Assembly (NCBI GenBank): GCA_965228895.1
Contig: OZ245842.1
Span: forward strand, 3,328,001-3,392,000
DNA length: 64,000 nucleotides
DNA from: Alphaproteobacteria bacterium
GTDB lineage: Bacteria > Pseudomonadota > Alphaproteobacteria > SP197
Reading direction: 5' to 3'
Positions 45,995 to 56,741 of this stretch are shown in pieces. The notes beneath the pieces were generated by a model. It ran no database searches. It had not been told where the DNA came from and saw only the letters and a program-made list of their open reading frames with translations. Position 1 is the stretch's first letter. Each line of letters begins with the position of its first letter. The position numbers were made by a program, and so were the translations under genes.

Positions 45995-47599
45995 ATGGCT
46001 CAGAATAATCGCTATGACTACATCATCGTCGGCGCCGGATCCGCCGGTTGCGTCTTGGCCAACCGACTGAGCGAGGACGCGAGCGCCAGTGTGCTGATCG
46101 TCGAGGCCGGCGGCAGCGATAAGAACATGCTGATCCAGATGCCGGGGGCCGCCGCCATGGCGGCGCGCGACACGCGTTTCAGCTGGGGTTATGTCGGCGA
46201 GCCGGAGCCGCACCTGAACGGGCGCGGGATTCTGGAGGCGCGCGGGCGGGTGCTCGGCGGTTCGTCGTCGATCAACGGCCTGGTCGCCAACCGGGGCAAC
46301 ACGCGCGACTACGACGGCTGGGCCGCCGGCGGCCTGAACGCCTGGTCCTATGCCCACTGCCTGCCCTATTTCAAGAAGATGGAGACCTTCGATCGCGGCG
46401 CCAACGATTGGCGCGGCGGCGATGGCCCCCAGCACATCGAATCATGCCCGGCCCAGGGCCCGCTCGACCAGGCATTCCTCGCCGCCGGGCAAGAAGCCGG
46501 CTACGCCTTCACCCAGGACCAGAACGGCGAACACCACGAAGGCTTCCACGTCGCCCAGAGCTTCACTCGCAACGGCAAACGCTGGAGCACCGCGGACGGT
46601 TACCTGCGTCCGGCACTGCAGCGCCCGAACCTCACCTTGATGAGTGGCGCGCTTGCCCATCGCGTTGTCTTCGATGGCAACCGCGCGGTCGGTGTGGAGA
46701 TCGAACACGGCGGTAGCGTCGAACGCCATGAGGCCGAGCGTGAGGTGATCCTGGCGGGCGGCGCGATCAACTCGCCGCAGCTTCTTTTGCTCTCGGGCGT
46801 CGGCGATCCCGCGCACCTCGCCGAACACGATATTGCGGTCAACGCCGACGTACCGGCGGTTGGCCGGCACCTTGAAGACCATCTGATCGTGCCGATCCAG
46901 TATTCGACACCGCCGGGCGTGTCGCCGGCCGGCAAGTTCAACGGCCTCGGACGCTACCGCATCGGTGCACAATGGCTTTTCTTCAAGTCCGGCCTCGGCG
47001 CGTCGAATTTTTGCGAGACCGGCTGTTTCTTCAAGAGTTCCGATGACGCCGCCTATGCGGACATCCAGCATGAGTTCTATCCGGTCTGCGCCCAGATGGG
47101 CGAGCCGGACGCCAACGTCGCGGAAGGCTTCATGTTCTCCATGGGCATCATGCGCCCGCAAAGTCAGGGGCGCGTCTGGCTCAAATCCGCCGACCCGCGC
47201 GCCCATCCCGCGATCCTCTTCAACTATCTGGATACCGAAGCCGACCGGCGCGTGATGATCAATGGCCTCAAACGCACCCGCGAGATGGCCGCCCAGTCGG
47301 CGTTCGACCCCGTGCGCACGGCGGAACTCTCACCGGGCCCCGACGTGCAGAGCGATGCGGAGATCCTGGCCTGGCTGGCTGCCGAAGGCTCGACCGAATA
47401 CCACCCATGCTCGACCTGCCGCATGGGCACCGGCGACGACAGCGTCACCAACGGCGACGGTCAGGTGCACGGAACCGAAGCGCTGCGCGTGATCGATGCC
47501 TCGATCATGCCCAGCAACGTCACCGCCAACCTGAACGCACCGGTCATCATGATCGCCGAAAAACTGGCCGACGCCATCCGCGGCAGGCCGCCGCTTTAA
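45995..47599 (+). CDS. GMC oxidoreductase, choline dehydrogenase-like
   Basis: YDYIIVGAGSAG, LGGSSSING, YHPCSTCRMG and ANLNAP motifs. Confidence 0.9.
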   Translation: MAQNNRYDYIIVGAGSAGCVLANRLSEDASASVLIVEAGGSDKNMLIQMPGAAAMAARDTRFSWGYVGEPEPHLNGRGILEARGRVLGGSSSINGLVANRGNTRDYDGWAAGGLNAWSYAHCLPYFKKMETFDRGANDWRGGDGPQHIESCPAQGPLDQAFLAAGQEAGYAFTQDQNGEHHEGFHVAQSFTRNGKRWSTADGYLRPALQRPNLTLMSGALAHRVVFDGNRAVGVEIEHGGSVERHEAEREVILAGGAINSPQLLLLSGVGDPAHLAEHDIAVNADVPAVGRHLEDHLIVPIQYSTPPGVSPAGKFNGLGRYRIGAQWLFFKSGLGASNFCETGCFFKSSDDAAYADIQHEFYPVCAQMGEPDANVAEGFMFSMGIMRPQSQGRVWLKSADPRAHPAILFNYLDTEADRRVMINGLKRTREMAAQSAFDPVRTAELSPGPDVQSDAEILAWLAAEGSTEYHPCSTCRMGTGDDSVTNGDGQVHGTEALRVIDASIMPSNVTANLNAPVIMIAEKLADAIRGRPPL

Positions 47600-48744
47600 G
47601 CGGTAATCTTGGTGAAGCGGCGGCGTTGGTAACCGACGACCACGGGCAGATAACCGCCTTCTGTGAAAGCCACGTCCAGTTCGCGCGAGCCGGTGTCAAC
47701 ATGCAGCACGGGCGTTTCGGCAAGCTTGGCCGGGGTCGCGACGACGATCAGGTTGTCGCGGCCGATCCGCTCAAGGATCGGCGGACTGAGCTGCAGATTG
47801 CCGCGACCGAGCACAAAACCCTGCGCGCCGATCGGGCTCAACACCAGACAGCAGGCGGCATAGCGATCAAGCAGCGGCAGGATGTCCGCCTCGGCGACGT
47901 CCTTGGCCACCAGCGCACCGCCGGCGACCGCGTCGATGCCCAGCATGGTCTTGTCGATACGCAGCCGGTCGCCGATCGCCTTGACCGTACTACCCGCACC
48001 CAGCAGGTAGAGCGTGTCGGGGTTCTCGTTCATCGCTTCGACAATGCCGCGTGCAATGGCCTCCTTGATGTCGGCTTCGTCTTCGTGGGCAATCAGCATC
48101 TTGGCCGACTGGGTCAGCGTGGGCTCATAGGGTGTCGTCGCGGCGTCGTATAGCTTCACCGCCCATTCACCGCGTCGGTATCGAGTTTCGTCCAGATCCA
48201 GCACCTCGACCGTCGTCGTCTTGAGCGCGCCGGACAGAAAGCCGGCAACGATCTCGGCCGTGTGTGCCGGGCTGGTGCCGAACACGCCGGAATACATCTT
48301 GACGCCCGACGGGATGCCCAGGATCGGCACGGTCTGCGACGTGACGGCGCAGATGTCGCGCGCGGTGCCGTCACCGCCGCAAAACAGGATGAGGTCGGCA
48401 TTGGCATCCATGAAACGGCGTGCTGCGGCTTGCGTGTCGTCGCGCGATGTCGCCCCACCGGGATCGTAGACCACCTCGATGTTTTGAAACCCCGCTTCCT
48501 CCAGGGCCGCCGCGCCCATCGCGCCGGCGCAGGTCAGCCAGTGCGGTTCGCCACGCCGGGACGACACGGCAAGACGGCGGCGCAGTTCCCGTAACGTTTC
48601 CTCCGCCCGGCCCGGCGCAACCGGCGACGCGCCACGCCGGCGCGCCTCCTCGGCCACGTCATCGGTACCTTTCAAGCCGACGCGCCCGCCCATGCCGGCG
48701 ATCGGGTTGATCACAAAACCGATGCGCCGTCCGGTTTCGGTCAC
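47596..48744 (-). CDS. ATP-NAD/AcoX kinase family protein
   Basis: INPIAGMGG, GGDGTARD and GIPSGVKMYSG motifs. Confidence 0.85.
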   Translation of the reverse strand: MTETGRRIGFVINPIAGMGGRVGLKGTDDVAEEARRRGASPVAPGRAEETLRELRRRLAVSSRRGEPHWLTCAGAMGAAALEEAGFQNIEVVYDPGGATSRDDTQAAARRFMDANADLILFCGGDGTARDICAVTSQTVPILGIPSGVKMYSGVFGTSPAHTAEIVAGFLSGALKTTTVEVLDLDETRYRRGEWAVKLYDAATTPYEPTLTQSAKMLIAHEDEADIKEAIARGIVEAMNENPDTLYLLGAGSTVKAIGDRLRIDKTMLGIDAVAGGALVAKDVAEADILPLLDRYAACCLVLSPIGAQGFVLGRGNLQLSPPILERIGRDNLIVVATPAKLAETPVLHVDTGSRELDVAFTEGGYLPVVVGYQRRRFTKITA

Positions 48745-48753
48745 GGGACGTGT

Positions 48754-49164
48754 CTACAGCCGGTCGAGTTCGATATCCTCGCAGGACATGCCGAACGCCG
48801 CCAGCCCGCCTTCGATGTAATCCGACAGAAGCGGTATGCCGATCAGGTAGGCCGCGGTGTGTTCGGTATGCTGCTGCTCGGCCAGCGCCAGGGCGTCGTC
48901 CCAGTCTTCGGCGTCGTGATCGCCGCGTCCGACCCAGGTCAGCGCGACCAGCGCACACTGTTCGTCCCAGTTCAGCCCGTCGATGGCGTCGCGCAATTCC
49001 TCGAACGTCGGATCGTCCTCATAGGCTTCCAGCACCTGAACGACGCCGTCGTCGGTTGCGTTGGAGCCGTAGTCCGGCTCGACGACGCCTTCCTGCGCGT
49101 CAAACTCGCGCGCTCTGAGCATGATGTAGCAGACCTTGGTGCGATCGATACTGGGCGTGGCCAT
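48754..49164 (-). CDS. DUF3775-like protein
   Basis: LVALTWVGRGD..W..YLIGIPLLSDYIEGGL. Confidence 0.82.
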   Translation of the reverse strand: MATPSIDRTKVCYIMLRAREFDAQEGVVEPDYGSNATDDGVVQVLEAYEDDPTFEELRDAIDGLNWDEQCALVALTWVGRGDHDAEDWDDALALAEQQHTEHTAAYLIGIPLLSDYIEGGLAAFGMSCEDIELDRL

Positions 49165-49221
49165 GGCCATCTCCTGCGATTTCCTTTGTCCCGAACGTGA
49201 CGCCAAAGGCGCGGCCTCGCC

Positions 49222-49235
49222 TTGACGCAAATCAA
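49222..49235. promoter_or_regulatory. FNR/FixK-like box
   Basis: TTGAC-N4-ATCAA (9 of 10 consensus positions) between divergent genes. Confidence 0.6.
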
Positions 49236-49321
49236 CGCAACGGCACGCACCGCGACATGGCAGCCATGGCTCGGGCTAGGTTATGGTGCTCTGGAGCAAA
49301 CAGAACATCGGGGGCGCCACG

Positions 49322-50224
49322 ATGGCACAGTCGGAAACGATCGGTTTCGTCGGCCTGGGCAACATGGGCTGGCCCATGGCGGGAAACCTCTGCAAGGCCG
49401 GTTTCATGGTTGTCAGCATGGATACGGATGCCAAGAGGCAGGCCGCGTTCGCCACGACCTTCGGTGCCGAGATGGCGGTCGGACCGGAATCCTTCGCCCG
49501 GACCGACCGGCTCATCACCATGCTGCCGGATGGCAACATCGTGGCCGACGTGCTGGTCGGCGCGGGCGGCCTGCTCCGCCACCTGCCAAAGGATAGCCTG
49601 GTCATCGACATGAGCTCCGGCGATCCCGCGGCCTATGACGCGATCACGCCCGACATCGAACGGCTCGGCCATGCGATGATCGATGCGCCGGTCTCCGGCG
49701 GCACGGGCGGCGCCGAGGCCGGGACGCTGACCATCATGACCGGCGGCGATGACGCGGCCATCGATCGCGCTTTGCCGCTGTTCGAGGTGATGGGCGGCAA
49801 GATCTTCCGCACCGGCGGTTTCGGCAGCGGCCAGGCCATGAAAGCGTTGAACAACCTGGCCTCGGCGACGGCACTGATGGTGACCATTGAGGTCTTGATC
49901 ACCGCCCAGCGCTTCGGTCTCGATCCCGCGCTGGTCAACAGCATTCTCAACGTCTCGACCGGCCGTAACAATTCGACCGACAAGAAGATCGCGCCGCATG
50001 TCTTGAGCCGCACCTTCGATTCCGGCTTCGGGTTGTCCTTGATGGCCAAGGACCTGCGTACCGCCCATGCCATCGCCGAACGCACGAAGACATCCGTGCC
50101 GCTCAGCGATCTCGCCGTCCAGATGGCCCAGCAGGCTAGCGAAGCCTTGGGTCCCGACGCCGACCACACCGCCGTTGCCCTGTGGATCGAAGACCGGATC
50201 GGCGAGGCGTTGAACGCAAGCTGA
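49322..50224 (+). CDS. Beta-hydroxyacid dehydrogenase (3-hydroxyisobutyrate DH family)
   Basis: GFVGLGNMG, DAPVSGG, MKALNN and LMAKD motifs. Confidence 0.9.
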   Translation: MAQSETIGFVGLGNMGWPMAGNLCKAGFMVVSMDTDAKRQAAFATTFGAEMAVGPESFARTDRLITMLPDGNIVADVLVGAGGLLRHLPKDSLVIDMSSGDPAAYDAITPDIERLGHAMIDAPVSGGTGGAEAGTLTIMTGGDDAAIDRALPLFEVMGGKIFRTGGFGSGQAMKALNNLASATALMVTIEVLITAQRFGLDPALVNSILNVSTGRNNSTDKKIAPHVLSRTFDSGFGLSLMAKDLRTAHAIAERTKTSVPLSDLAVQMAQQASEALGPDADHTAVALWIEDRIGEALNAS

Positions 50225-50233
50225 CGCAGTGCT

Positions 50234-51358
50234 TTATAGCCGCCGGTCCAGCACGGCCTGCAGCGCGGTGATCAGCTGCAGCTTGCCGTCCAGCCCCATA
50301 CCCGAGCGGTCGATGTGCGAGAAGCCATCGATGACGAAGACCTCGCTGCCGGCGACCGCATTGCCCAAGGCAATGCTTTGCGTATAGGGGATCAGCGTGT
50401 CGTCGCGGCCGTGGATCAGGATCAGGCGGCCTTCCAGGTGGCTGAGGTCATAGGCGGCCGGCGACAGCGCCTCAAGCTGGTCGGTGATTGCCGGCGGCAG
50501 GCGTTGCAACAGGTCGTCGACAGCAGCGGGATCATCATTGATCATGACATCCAACAGCGCCTGGCCCTCCGGTCCCAATCCGGCGACGAGATCATCGATT
50601 GGCACGTTCTCCGACCGGCTGCGGCGCTCGGCGATTGCCTGAAGCAGCGCGCGGTCCTCAGCATTCTCGAGCAGGTCGGTGTTACTCGCCAGCAACAGCC
50701 ACTTGGCGGCAGGCACGGGATCGGCAAACTGCCAGGTCTCGCCCGACCCCTCGCGGTAGCGGCCGGTAGTCGCGAAGGTGATGACGGCTTCCGTATCGTG
50801 ATAACCGCCCAGCCCGACCAGGAAGTCGATCTTGTCGCCGGCATCCGGCTCCATACTCGCCATGACGGCCAAGCCCACCGCATAGGAGATCGCCGCCACG
50901 CCGACGTCATGGCCTTCCGGCAACGGGTCGCTGCCGGCCAGGTAGACGACGCCATCGGCGATTGAACGCGCGTCGTCCGGCCGGATTTCCACCGCGCGCG
51001 ATCCCGCGAGGTCGGGCACCAGAACCAGAAAGCGCGCCCGCGCCAGGGACATCGCCAGGTCGACCAGGCGCGCATCGTCCTTGCCGTCGGGCGTGAAGCC
51101 CGGCACCAGGACCAGGCCGGCGCCGATCGGCTGCAAGGGCTCGTAGATATCGGCCACCGACAGCCGGCCGTCGATGGTGTAGGTAACCGTGCTGCGCCGC
51201 GGCTGGGGCGTCGTCTCTTTAAGCGTGCTGGCTCCGCTGCCGACATCGATATCCTGCAGCACCCGCGTTGCTTCCCAGCTCTGCTTGGAAACGCAGGCCC
51301 CCAGCACAACCACAAGGGCGAGCATCGACATCGTCCATCGGCTACGAGACAGCGTCAT
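50234..51358 (-). CDS. Alpha/beta hydrolase lipoprotein
   Basis: Lipobox LGAC; AISYA elbow; IHGRDDTLIP; FSHI. Confidence 0.75.
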   Translation of the reverse strand: MTLSRSRWTMSMLALVVVLGACVSKQSWEATRVLQDIDVGSGASTLKETTPQPRRSTVTYTIDGRLSVADIYEPLQPIGAGLVLVPGFTPDGKDDARLVDLAMSLARARFLVLVPDLAGSRAVEIRPDDARSIADGVVYLAGSDPLPEGHDVGVAAISYAVGLAVMASMEPDAGDKIDFLVGLGGYHDTEAVITFATTGRYREGSGETWQFADPVPAAKWLLLASNTDLLENAEDRALLQAIAERRSRSENVPIDDLVAGLGPEGQALLDVMINDDPAAVDDLLQRLPPAITDQLEALSPAAYDLSHLEGRLILIHGRDDTLIPYTQSIALGNAVAGSEVFVIDGFSHIDRSGMGLDGKLQLITALQAVLDRRL

Positions 51359-51403
51359 GAACGTTAGTTTAGCACGCGCGACGGCAAGACAGGCGCGACC
51401 CGA

Positions 51404-51874
51404 TCACTCCAAGCCGGAGTCGGACGACGATTGTGATGTCAGGATACGCCGGCTTTCCTCGGCGTCCTTGCCGAAGGTAAAGCGGAACCGGTTACCGAAT
51501 TGATCGATGCCGATGCCCATGCCCGAATGGCAGCCATCGGCGACGAACGTCGCCAGAATGAACCGTCCGTCCGTACATTGCAGTTCGGCGCTGCCCAGGC
51601 TGCCGCGGCACTCGGGCACCTGACGGCGATAGTCGAAGGAACCGATGCATTCGATACCCGAACGCACGCCGATCACCTCGATCGAACCGACGCCCTCGGG
51701 ATAACTCGTCGAGCGGCCAACAAACGCCTCGACACGGTCGGTGAAGATACCCATCACATCGACCGTCACCGGCAGTTCGGGTTCCGGTTCAGGTTCGGGC
51801 GCGGCGCAAGACACGACAATGAGACAACCGGCCAACAGCACGGTTGTTTTCAGCCAATGCGAGGCCTTAACCAT
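51404..51874 (-). CDS. Hypothetical lipoprotein
   Basis: VVSC lipobox, PEPEPEPE linker, CTDGR..G.G.DQFG. Confidence 0.65.
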   Translation of the reverse strand: MVKASHWLKTTVLLAGCLIVVSCAAPEPEPEPELPVTVDVMGIFTDRVEAFVGRSTSYPEGVGSIEVIGVRSGIECIGSFDYRRQVPECRGSLGSAELQCTDGRFILATFVADGCHSGMGIGIDQFGNRFRFTFGKDAEESRRILTSQSSSDSGLE

Positions 51875-52808
51875 CCTCGCCATGCCAGCGAAGCGGCGAT
51901 GCGCCCGCTTCGACCAATGTGCCCGCTTCTCCCGCGACGATCGCTTCCAGATCCTTCAGCGCCCCGATCGCCGCCGTACCGCCGGTGCCCTCGGCGAACA
52001 AACAGGCTGCGTCCACCTTCGGCCCCATCGACCCGGCGGCGAAGTCGAGACGCCGCAAGGCATCGGCCGAGGCGCGCCTGATCGGTTTGGCCTCCGGCTT
52101 GCCCCAGTCGACATAAACCGCGTCCACATCGGTCGCCATGACGTAGAGGTCGGCATCCAATTCGCGCGCCAAAAGCTCGCCCGCCAGATCCTTGTCGATC
52201 ACCGCCTCGATGCCGTGCAGTTTGTGGTTCTCGTCATAGACCGTCGGGATGCCGCCGCCGCCGGCACAGATGACGATGGTGTTCTTTTCCAAAAGCCACG
52301 TTATCGGGCGGATCTCAAAAATGCGTTTGGGTTTCGGCGATGCGACAACACGGCGCCAGGCGTCGCCGTCCTGGCGGATCGACCAGCCCTTTTCCTGGGC
52401 CAGGCGCTCGGCCTCGTCCTTACCGTAAACCGGACCGATGAACTTTGTCGGGTTGTCGAAGGCGGGATCGGTGCCGTCGACTTCGATCATGGTCAGCATG
52501 GTCGCAAACGGCACGTCGGGCGCCAGCAGGTTGCCCAGTTCCTGTTCGATCATGTAGCCGATCATGCCTTCGGTCTGGGCGCCCAGCACATCCAGGGGAA
52601 AGACCTCGTCCGGCTTATAGGCCGCGCCCTGCAACGCGAGCAGGCCGACCTGCGGGCCGTTGCCGTGGGAGATGATGACCTGGTGTTTCTCGGCGATCGG
52701 CGCCAATGCCGCCGCCGCGATCTGGACGTTGGCGCGCTGGGCCTCGGCGGTCAGCGGCTCGCCGCGGCGCAGCAGCGCGTTACCTCCCAGCGCGACAACG
52801 ATACGCAT
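51867..52808 (-). CDS. arcC: Carbamate kinase
   Basis: [20 protein letters not shown] and GSMGPK motifs. Confidence 0.96.
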   Translation of the reverse strand: MRIVVALGGNALLRRGEPLTAEAQRANVQIAAAALAPIAEKHQVIISHGNGPQVGLLALQGAAYKPDEVFPLDVLGAQTEGMIGYMIEQELGNLLAPDVPFATMLTMIEVDGTDPAFDNPTKFIGPVYGKDEAERLAQEKGWSIRQDGDAWRRVVASPKPKRIFEIRPITWLLEKNTIVICAGGGGIPTVYDENHKLHGIEAVIDKDLAGELLARELDADLYVMATDVDAVYVDWGKPEAKPIRRASADALRRLDFAAGSMGPKVDAACLFAEGTGGTAAIGALKDLEAIVAGEAGTLVEAGASPLRWHGEDG

Positions 52809-52810
52809 GA

Positions 52811-53812
52811 TCAGTCCCCGATGGTGGCGACAAGCACCGCCTTGATCGTGTGCATGCGGTTCTCCGCCTCCTCGAACACCACGGACGCTTCCGATTCGAA
52901 GACGTCATCGGTCACCTCCATCGAGTCGATACCGTACTTGTCATAGATCTCCTTGCCGACCTCGGTCTCGGTGTTGTGGAACGCGGGCAGGCAATGCATG
53001 AATTTTGTGTGACGGTTGCCGGTCATCGCCATGACCTCGCGGGTGACCCGATAAGGCGTCAGCAGTTTGATGCGTTCCTGCCAGACCGAATCCGCCTCGC
53101 CCATGGAAACCCAGACATCGGTGCAGATGTAATCGGCGCCATCGACCGCCTGTTTGACGTCTTCGGTAAAGGTGAATCGCGCGCCCGTGTCCTCGGCGAT
53201 GCCCTGACACTGCGCGATCAGCTTTTTGTCGGGCCACAAAGACTCCGGTCCGGCGAAACGCACGTCCATGCCCAGCTTCGCGGCAACCACCAGATAGGAA
53301 TGGCCCATGTTGGCGCGGGCATCGCCCATATAGCAGAAGCTGATATCGGAGATGTGCTTGTGGGTGAACTCCGTCATCGTCAGCACGTCGGCCAGCATCT
53401 GGGTCGGATGGAACTCGTCGGTCAGGCCGTTATAGATGGGCACGCCGGCATTGGCGGCCAGTACCTTCGCGTCATCCTGCGAGAAGCCGCGAAACTCGAT
53501 GGCGTCATACATGCGGCCCAGCACCCGCGCGGTGTCGCGCGCGGTTTCCTTGTGGCCGATATGGGAGCCGGATGGGCCCAGATAGGTCACATGGGCGCCC
53601 TGGTCATAGGCGGCGACCTCGAACCCGCTTCGCGTGCGCGTCGAATCCTTTTCGAAGATCAGCGCGATGTTCTTGCCGCCCAGCCGCCGGCGCTCGTAGC
53701 CGCCGTATTTCGCCGCCTTCAAGTCGCGCGACAGGCGCAACAGAAATCGGATCTCGTCGGGCGCAAAGTCAAGCAGGGTCAAAAAGCTCCTGCCTTTCAG
53801 GTTCATGGCCAT
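52811..53812 (-). CDS. arcB: Ornithine carbamoyltransferase (catabolic by context)
   Basis: [18 protein letters not shown] and HCLP motifs. Confidence 0.95.
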   Translation of the reverse strand: MAMNLKGRSFLTLLDFAPDEIRFLLRLSRDLKAAKYGGYERRRLGGKNIALIFEKDSTRTRSGFEVAAYDQGAHVTYLGPSGSHIGHKETARDTARVLGRMYDAIEFRGFSQDDAKVLAANAGVPIYNGLTDEFHPTQMLADVLTMTEFTHKHISDISFCYMGDARANMGHSYLVVAAKLGMDVRFAGPESLWPDKKLIAQCQGIAEDTGARFTFTEDVKQAVDGADYICTDVWVSMGEADSVWQERIKLLTPYRVTREVMAMTGNRHTKFMHCLPAFHNTETEVGKEIYDKYGIDSMEVTDDVFESEASVVFEEAENRMHTIKAVLVATIGD

Positions 53813-53843
53813 GGCGGCGGTTCTCCTCTGCGTCGGCCTGTGG

Positions 53844-55076
53844 TCAGGCGGGGTCGCGCACCAAGGGGCAGGTCATGCAGTGACCGCCCCCGCGCCCGCG
53901 TCCCAGCTCGTTGCCCGGGATCGTGATCACCTCGATGCCGGCCTTGCGCAGCAAGGTGTTGGTATAGGTGTTGCGCTCATAGGCGACGACCACGCCGGGC
54001 TCCAACGCCACGACGTTGTTGCCATCGTCCCACTGCTCGCGTTCCCGGACATAGGCATCGCCGCCGGTGCTGACGGTGCGCAGTCCGCCCTTGCCCAAGT
54101 CCAGAACGTCGGCGACGACATCGACGAAGCTGTCCTTCTCCGCGGTCACCTCAAGCGTGCGGTCACCATCACCCGGCCTCAGGCTGAATGGCCGGATACG
54201 GTCGACGACACCGGGGAAGATGTTGGCGACGTCGCGGTCGCACAGCGTGAAGACCGTGTCCAGGTGCATATAGGCGCGCTCGCGCGGCATTGCCGCGACA
54301 ACGACCCGTTCCGCACCACCCTTGGCGAACAGGCCCTTGGCGACCTGGCCGACACCCTGGCGGCTCGACCGCTCGCCCATGCCGATCAAGACCGTCTTGT
54401 TGCCGACGGGCATGATGTCGCCACCCTCCACGCTCGCCAAGCCGTGGTCGTGGTCGACGTCCTCGCCCCACCAGATCTGGAAATCGTCGTCCGCGAACAT
54501 CGGGTGGTGGCGATAGATCGCCGCCATGTTCAAGGTCTCCTGGCGGCGCGCCGGCCAGAACATGTGGTGCAGCGTAACGCCGCCATAGACCCACGCCGTC
54601 GTGTCCCGGGTGAATAGCTGGTTCGGCAACGGCGCCAGCACAAAGTCCTGCGGTTCCATCACGGCAGCCAGCGACGGGCCGGGCTTGAACGGCAGTTCGT
54701 CCAGGTTCATGCCGCCGATCAGGATGTTGGAAAGCTGCTCGGCATCCATCTCCATCATCGCGGCATGCAGATCGGCCGCCAGCCCAACACCGACCAGTTC
54801 CTCGCGGATGCGGCGATCCAGGAGCCAGCGCCGCGCCTCCCGGTTCGCCATGGTTTCTTCGAGCAACTCGCGCACGAAAAAGACCTCGGCGCCGCGATAA
54901 CGCATGGCGTCGACAAACTCGTTGTGCTCGGCGCGCGCCTGCTTGACCCAGATAACGTCATCGAACAGCAGTTCATCGCAGTTCGACGGCGTCAACCGTG
55001 TCAGCGCCAGGCCAGGCCGGTGCACGATTACTTTCTTCAGTTTTCCGATTTCCGAATGGACACCAAAGGCGGTCAT
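53844..55076 (-). CDS. arcA: Arginine deiminase
   Basis: GVHSEIG, LFDD, FTRD, EGGD, MHLDT and [11 protein letters not shown] motifs. Confidence 0.97.
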   Translation of the reverse strand: MTAFGVHSEIGKLKKVIVHRPGLALTRLTPSNCDELLFDDVIWVKQARAEHNEFVDAMRYRGAEVFFVRELLEETMANREARRWLLDRRIREELVGVGLAADLHAAMMEMDAEQLSNILIGGMNLDELPFKPGPSLAAVMEPQDFVLAPLPNQLFTRDTTAWVYGGVTLHHMFWPARRQETLNMAAIYRHHPMFADDDFQIWWGEDVDHDHGLASVEGGDIMPVGNKTVLIGMGERSSRQGVGQVAKGLFAKGGAERVVVAAMPRERAYMHLDTVFTLCDRDVANIFPGVVDRIRPFSLRPGDGDRTLEVTAEKDSFVDVVADVLDLGKGGLRTVSTGGDAYVREREQWDDGNNVVALEPGVVVAYERNTYTNTLLRKAGIEVITIPGNELGRGRGGGHCMTCPLVRDPA

Positions 55077-55144
55077 CGCGTGTTTCTCCCGATCCACCAT
55101 CGCCAATCACGCCACAACCATGCGTCGATTTTCTTCGTCCCGCG

Positions 55145-55158
55145 TTGATGGAAATCAA
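55145..55158. promoter_or_regulatory. Perfect FNR/FixK/ANR box
   Basis: TTGAT-GGAA-ATCAA between divergent arcA and the antiporter gene. Confidence 0.85.
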
Positions 55159-55279
55159 TGTCGCCTACCGGAGTGTCGGCAAAACTCAGTGTCATCGTAA
55201 GCGTCAGTCCGTTTTGCCCCGCGCGCGCCTCGCGCGCCGGCCTGCTGGCGCTTGTCCTTTTCTGGGAGGGAACGGACTT

Positions 55280-56716
55280 ATGGCCATGTCCACCGACGAT
55301 CAGCCGAAAGAGCGGCGGTTTCAATTCCCCACTGCTTTTACCATCTTGTTCGCGCTCACCATCGTGGTCGCGGCGCTGACCTGGATCATCCCGGCCGGGC
55401 AGTATGACCGTGCCTATAACGAGGCGCTCGACCGCGACGTGCCGGTGCCCGGCACCTATCAGGAGGTCGCGGCCAACCCGCAAGGGCCGATCGACGTCAT
55501 CCTGGCGCCGATCGCCGGCCTCTATAATCCGCAGACCTACGAGGCCAACGCCATCGATGTGGCGGTCTTCGTGTTGGTCATCGGCGGCTTCATCGGCGTT
55601 GTCGCCAAGACAGGCGCGATCAACGCGGGGATCGGCAGTGTCATGCGCGCGCTGAAGGGCCGCGAGAAATGGCTGATTCCGATTTTGATGGCGTTGTTTG
55701 CCTTTGGCGGCACGACCTATGGCATGGCCGAGGAGACGCTCGCTTTCTATATGATCGTCATTCCGGTGATGATCGCCGCCGGTTACGACTCGTTGACCGG
55801 TGTCGCCGTCATCATGCTGGGCGCGGCCGTCGGGGTGCTCGGCTCCACCGTCAATGCGTTCGCTACCGTAATCGCCTCGGATGCCGCCGGCATTCCGTTC
55901 ACCGATGGCATCATCCTGCGTTTCGTCATCCTCGGCGTCGGCTGGCTGATCTGCGTCCTCTATGTCATGCGCTACGCCGAGCGCGTGCGCAAAGACCCCG
56001 AAAAATCCCTTGTCGCTGACCGCCGCGAGTCGAACGAAAAGCATTTCCTGAAAGGTCACAGCGCCGAGGCGGACGTGCCGTTTACCTTGAAGCGCCGCAT
56101 CGTCCTGGTGCTGTTCGGCGCCACCTTCGCGATCATGATCTGGGGCGTATCGTCGGCCGGCTGGTGGATGGCCGAGATGTCCGGTCTGTTCCTGGTCGCC
56201 GCCATCGTCGTCGGTATTGTCGGACGGTTGGGTGAGCATGAGTTTACCGACACCTTTGTCGACGGCGCCCGCGACCTCCTGGGCGTGGCGCTCATCATCG
56301 GCGTTGCGCGCGGCATCGTCGTCGTCATGGACGACGGCCTGATCTCCGACACGATCCTTTACTGGTCCGAACAATCGGTCGAGGGCCTGCACGCGATCGC
56401 GTTCATCAACGTCATGTATTGGCTGGAAGTCGTGCTGTCGTTCTTCGTGCCGTCGTCGTCCGGGCTTGCCGTCTTGAGCATGCCGATCATGGCGCCGCTC
56501 GCCGACTTCGCCGATGTCCAGCGCAGCCTGGTCGTCACCGCCTATCAGTCGGCCAACGGTCTGGTGAACTTCATCAACCCGACCTTCGCCGTCGTCATGG
56601 GCGGCCTGGCGCTGGGCCGCGTGCCCTATGAACGGTGGCTGCGCTTCACCTGGCCGCTGCTGCTGATCATGACGGTCGTGATCATGGCGGCGCTCAGCAT
56701 CAGCGTGGTCGTGTGA
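55280..56716 (+). CDS. YfcC-family arginine/ornithine antiporter
   Basis: FPTAFTIL..PAGQY, GMAEE and PSSSG..MPIMAP motifs; adjacent to arcABC. Confidence 0.88.
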   Translation: MAMSTDDQPKERRFQFPTAFTILFALTIVVAALTWIIPAGQYDRAYNEALDRDVPVPGTYQEVAANPQGPIDVILAPIAGLYNPQTYEANAIDVAVFVLVIGGFIGVVAKTGAINAGIGSVMRALKGREKWLIPILMALFAFGGTTYGMAEETLAFYMIVIPVMIAAGYDSLTGVAVIMLGAAVGVLGSTVNAFATVIASDAAGIPFTDGIILRFVILGVGWLICVLYVMRYAERVRKDPEKSLVADRRESNEKHFLKGHSAEADVPFTLKRRIVLVLFGATFAIMIWGVSSAGWWMAEMSGLFLVAAIVVGIVGRLGEHEFTDTFVDGARDLLGVALIIGVARGIVVVMDDGLISDTILYWSEQSVEGLHAIAFINVMYWLEVVLSFFVPSSSGLAVLSMPIMAPLADFADVQRSLVVTAYQSANGLVNFINPTFAVVMGGLALGRVPYERWLRFTWPLLLIMTVVIMAALSISVVV

Positions 56717-56741
56717 TCGGGCGCTAGGGCCATCGCGTACC

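Noticed and set aside
45995-47599. Assigning the symbol betA
   Set aside because: GMC motifs are clear, but there is no betB/betI context and the substrate is uncertain.
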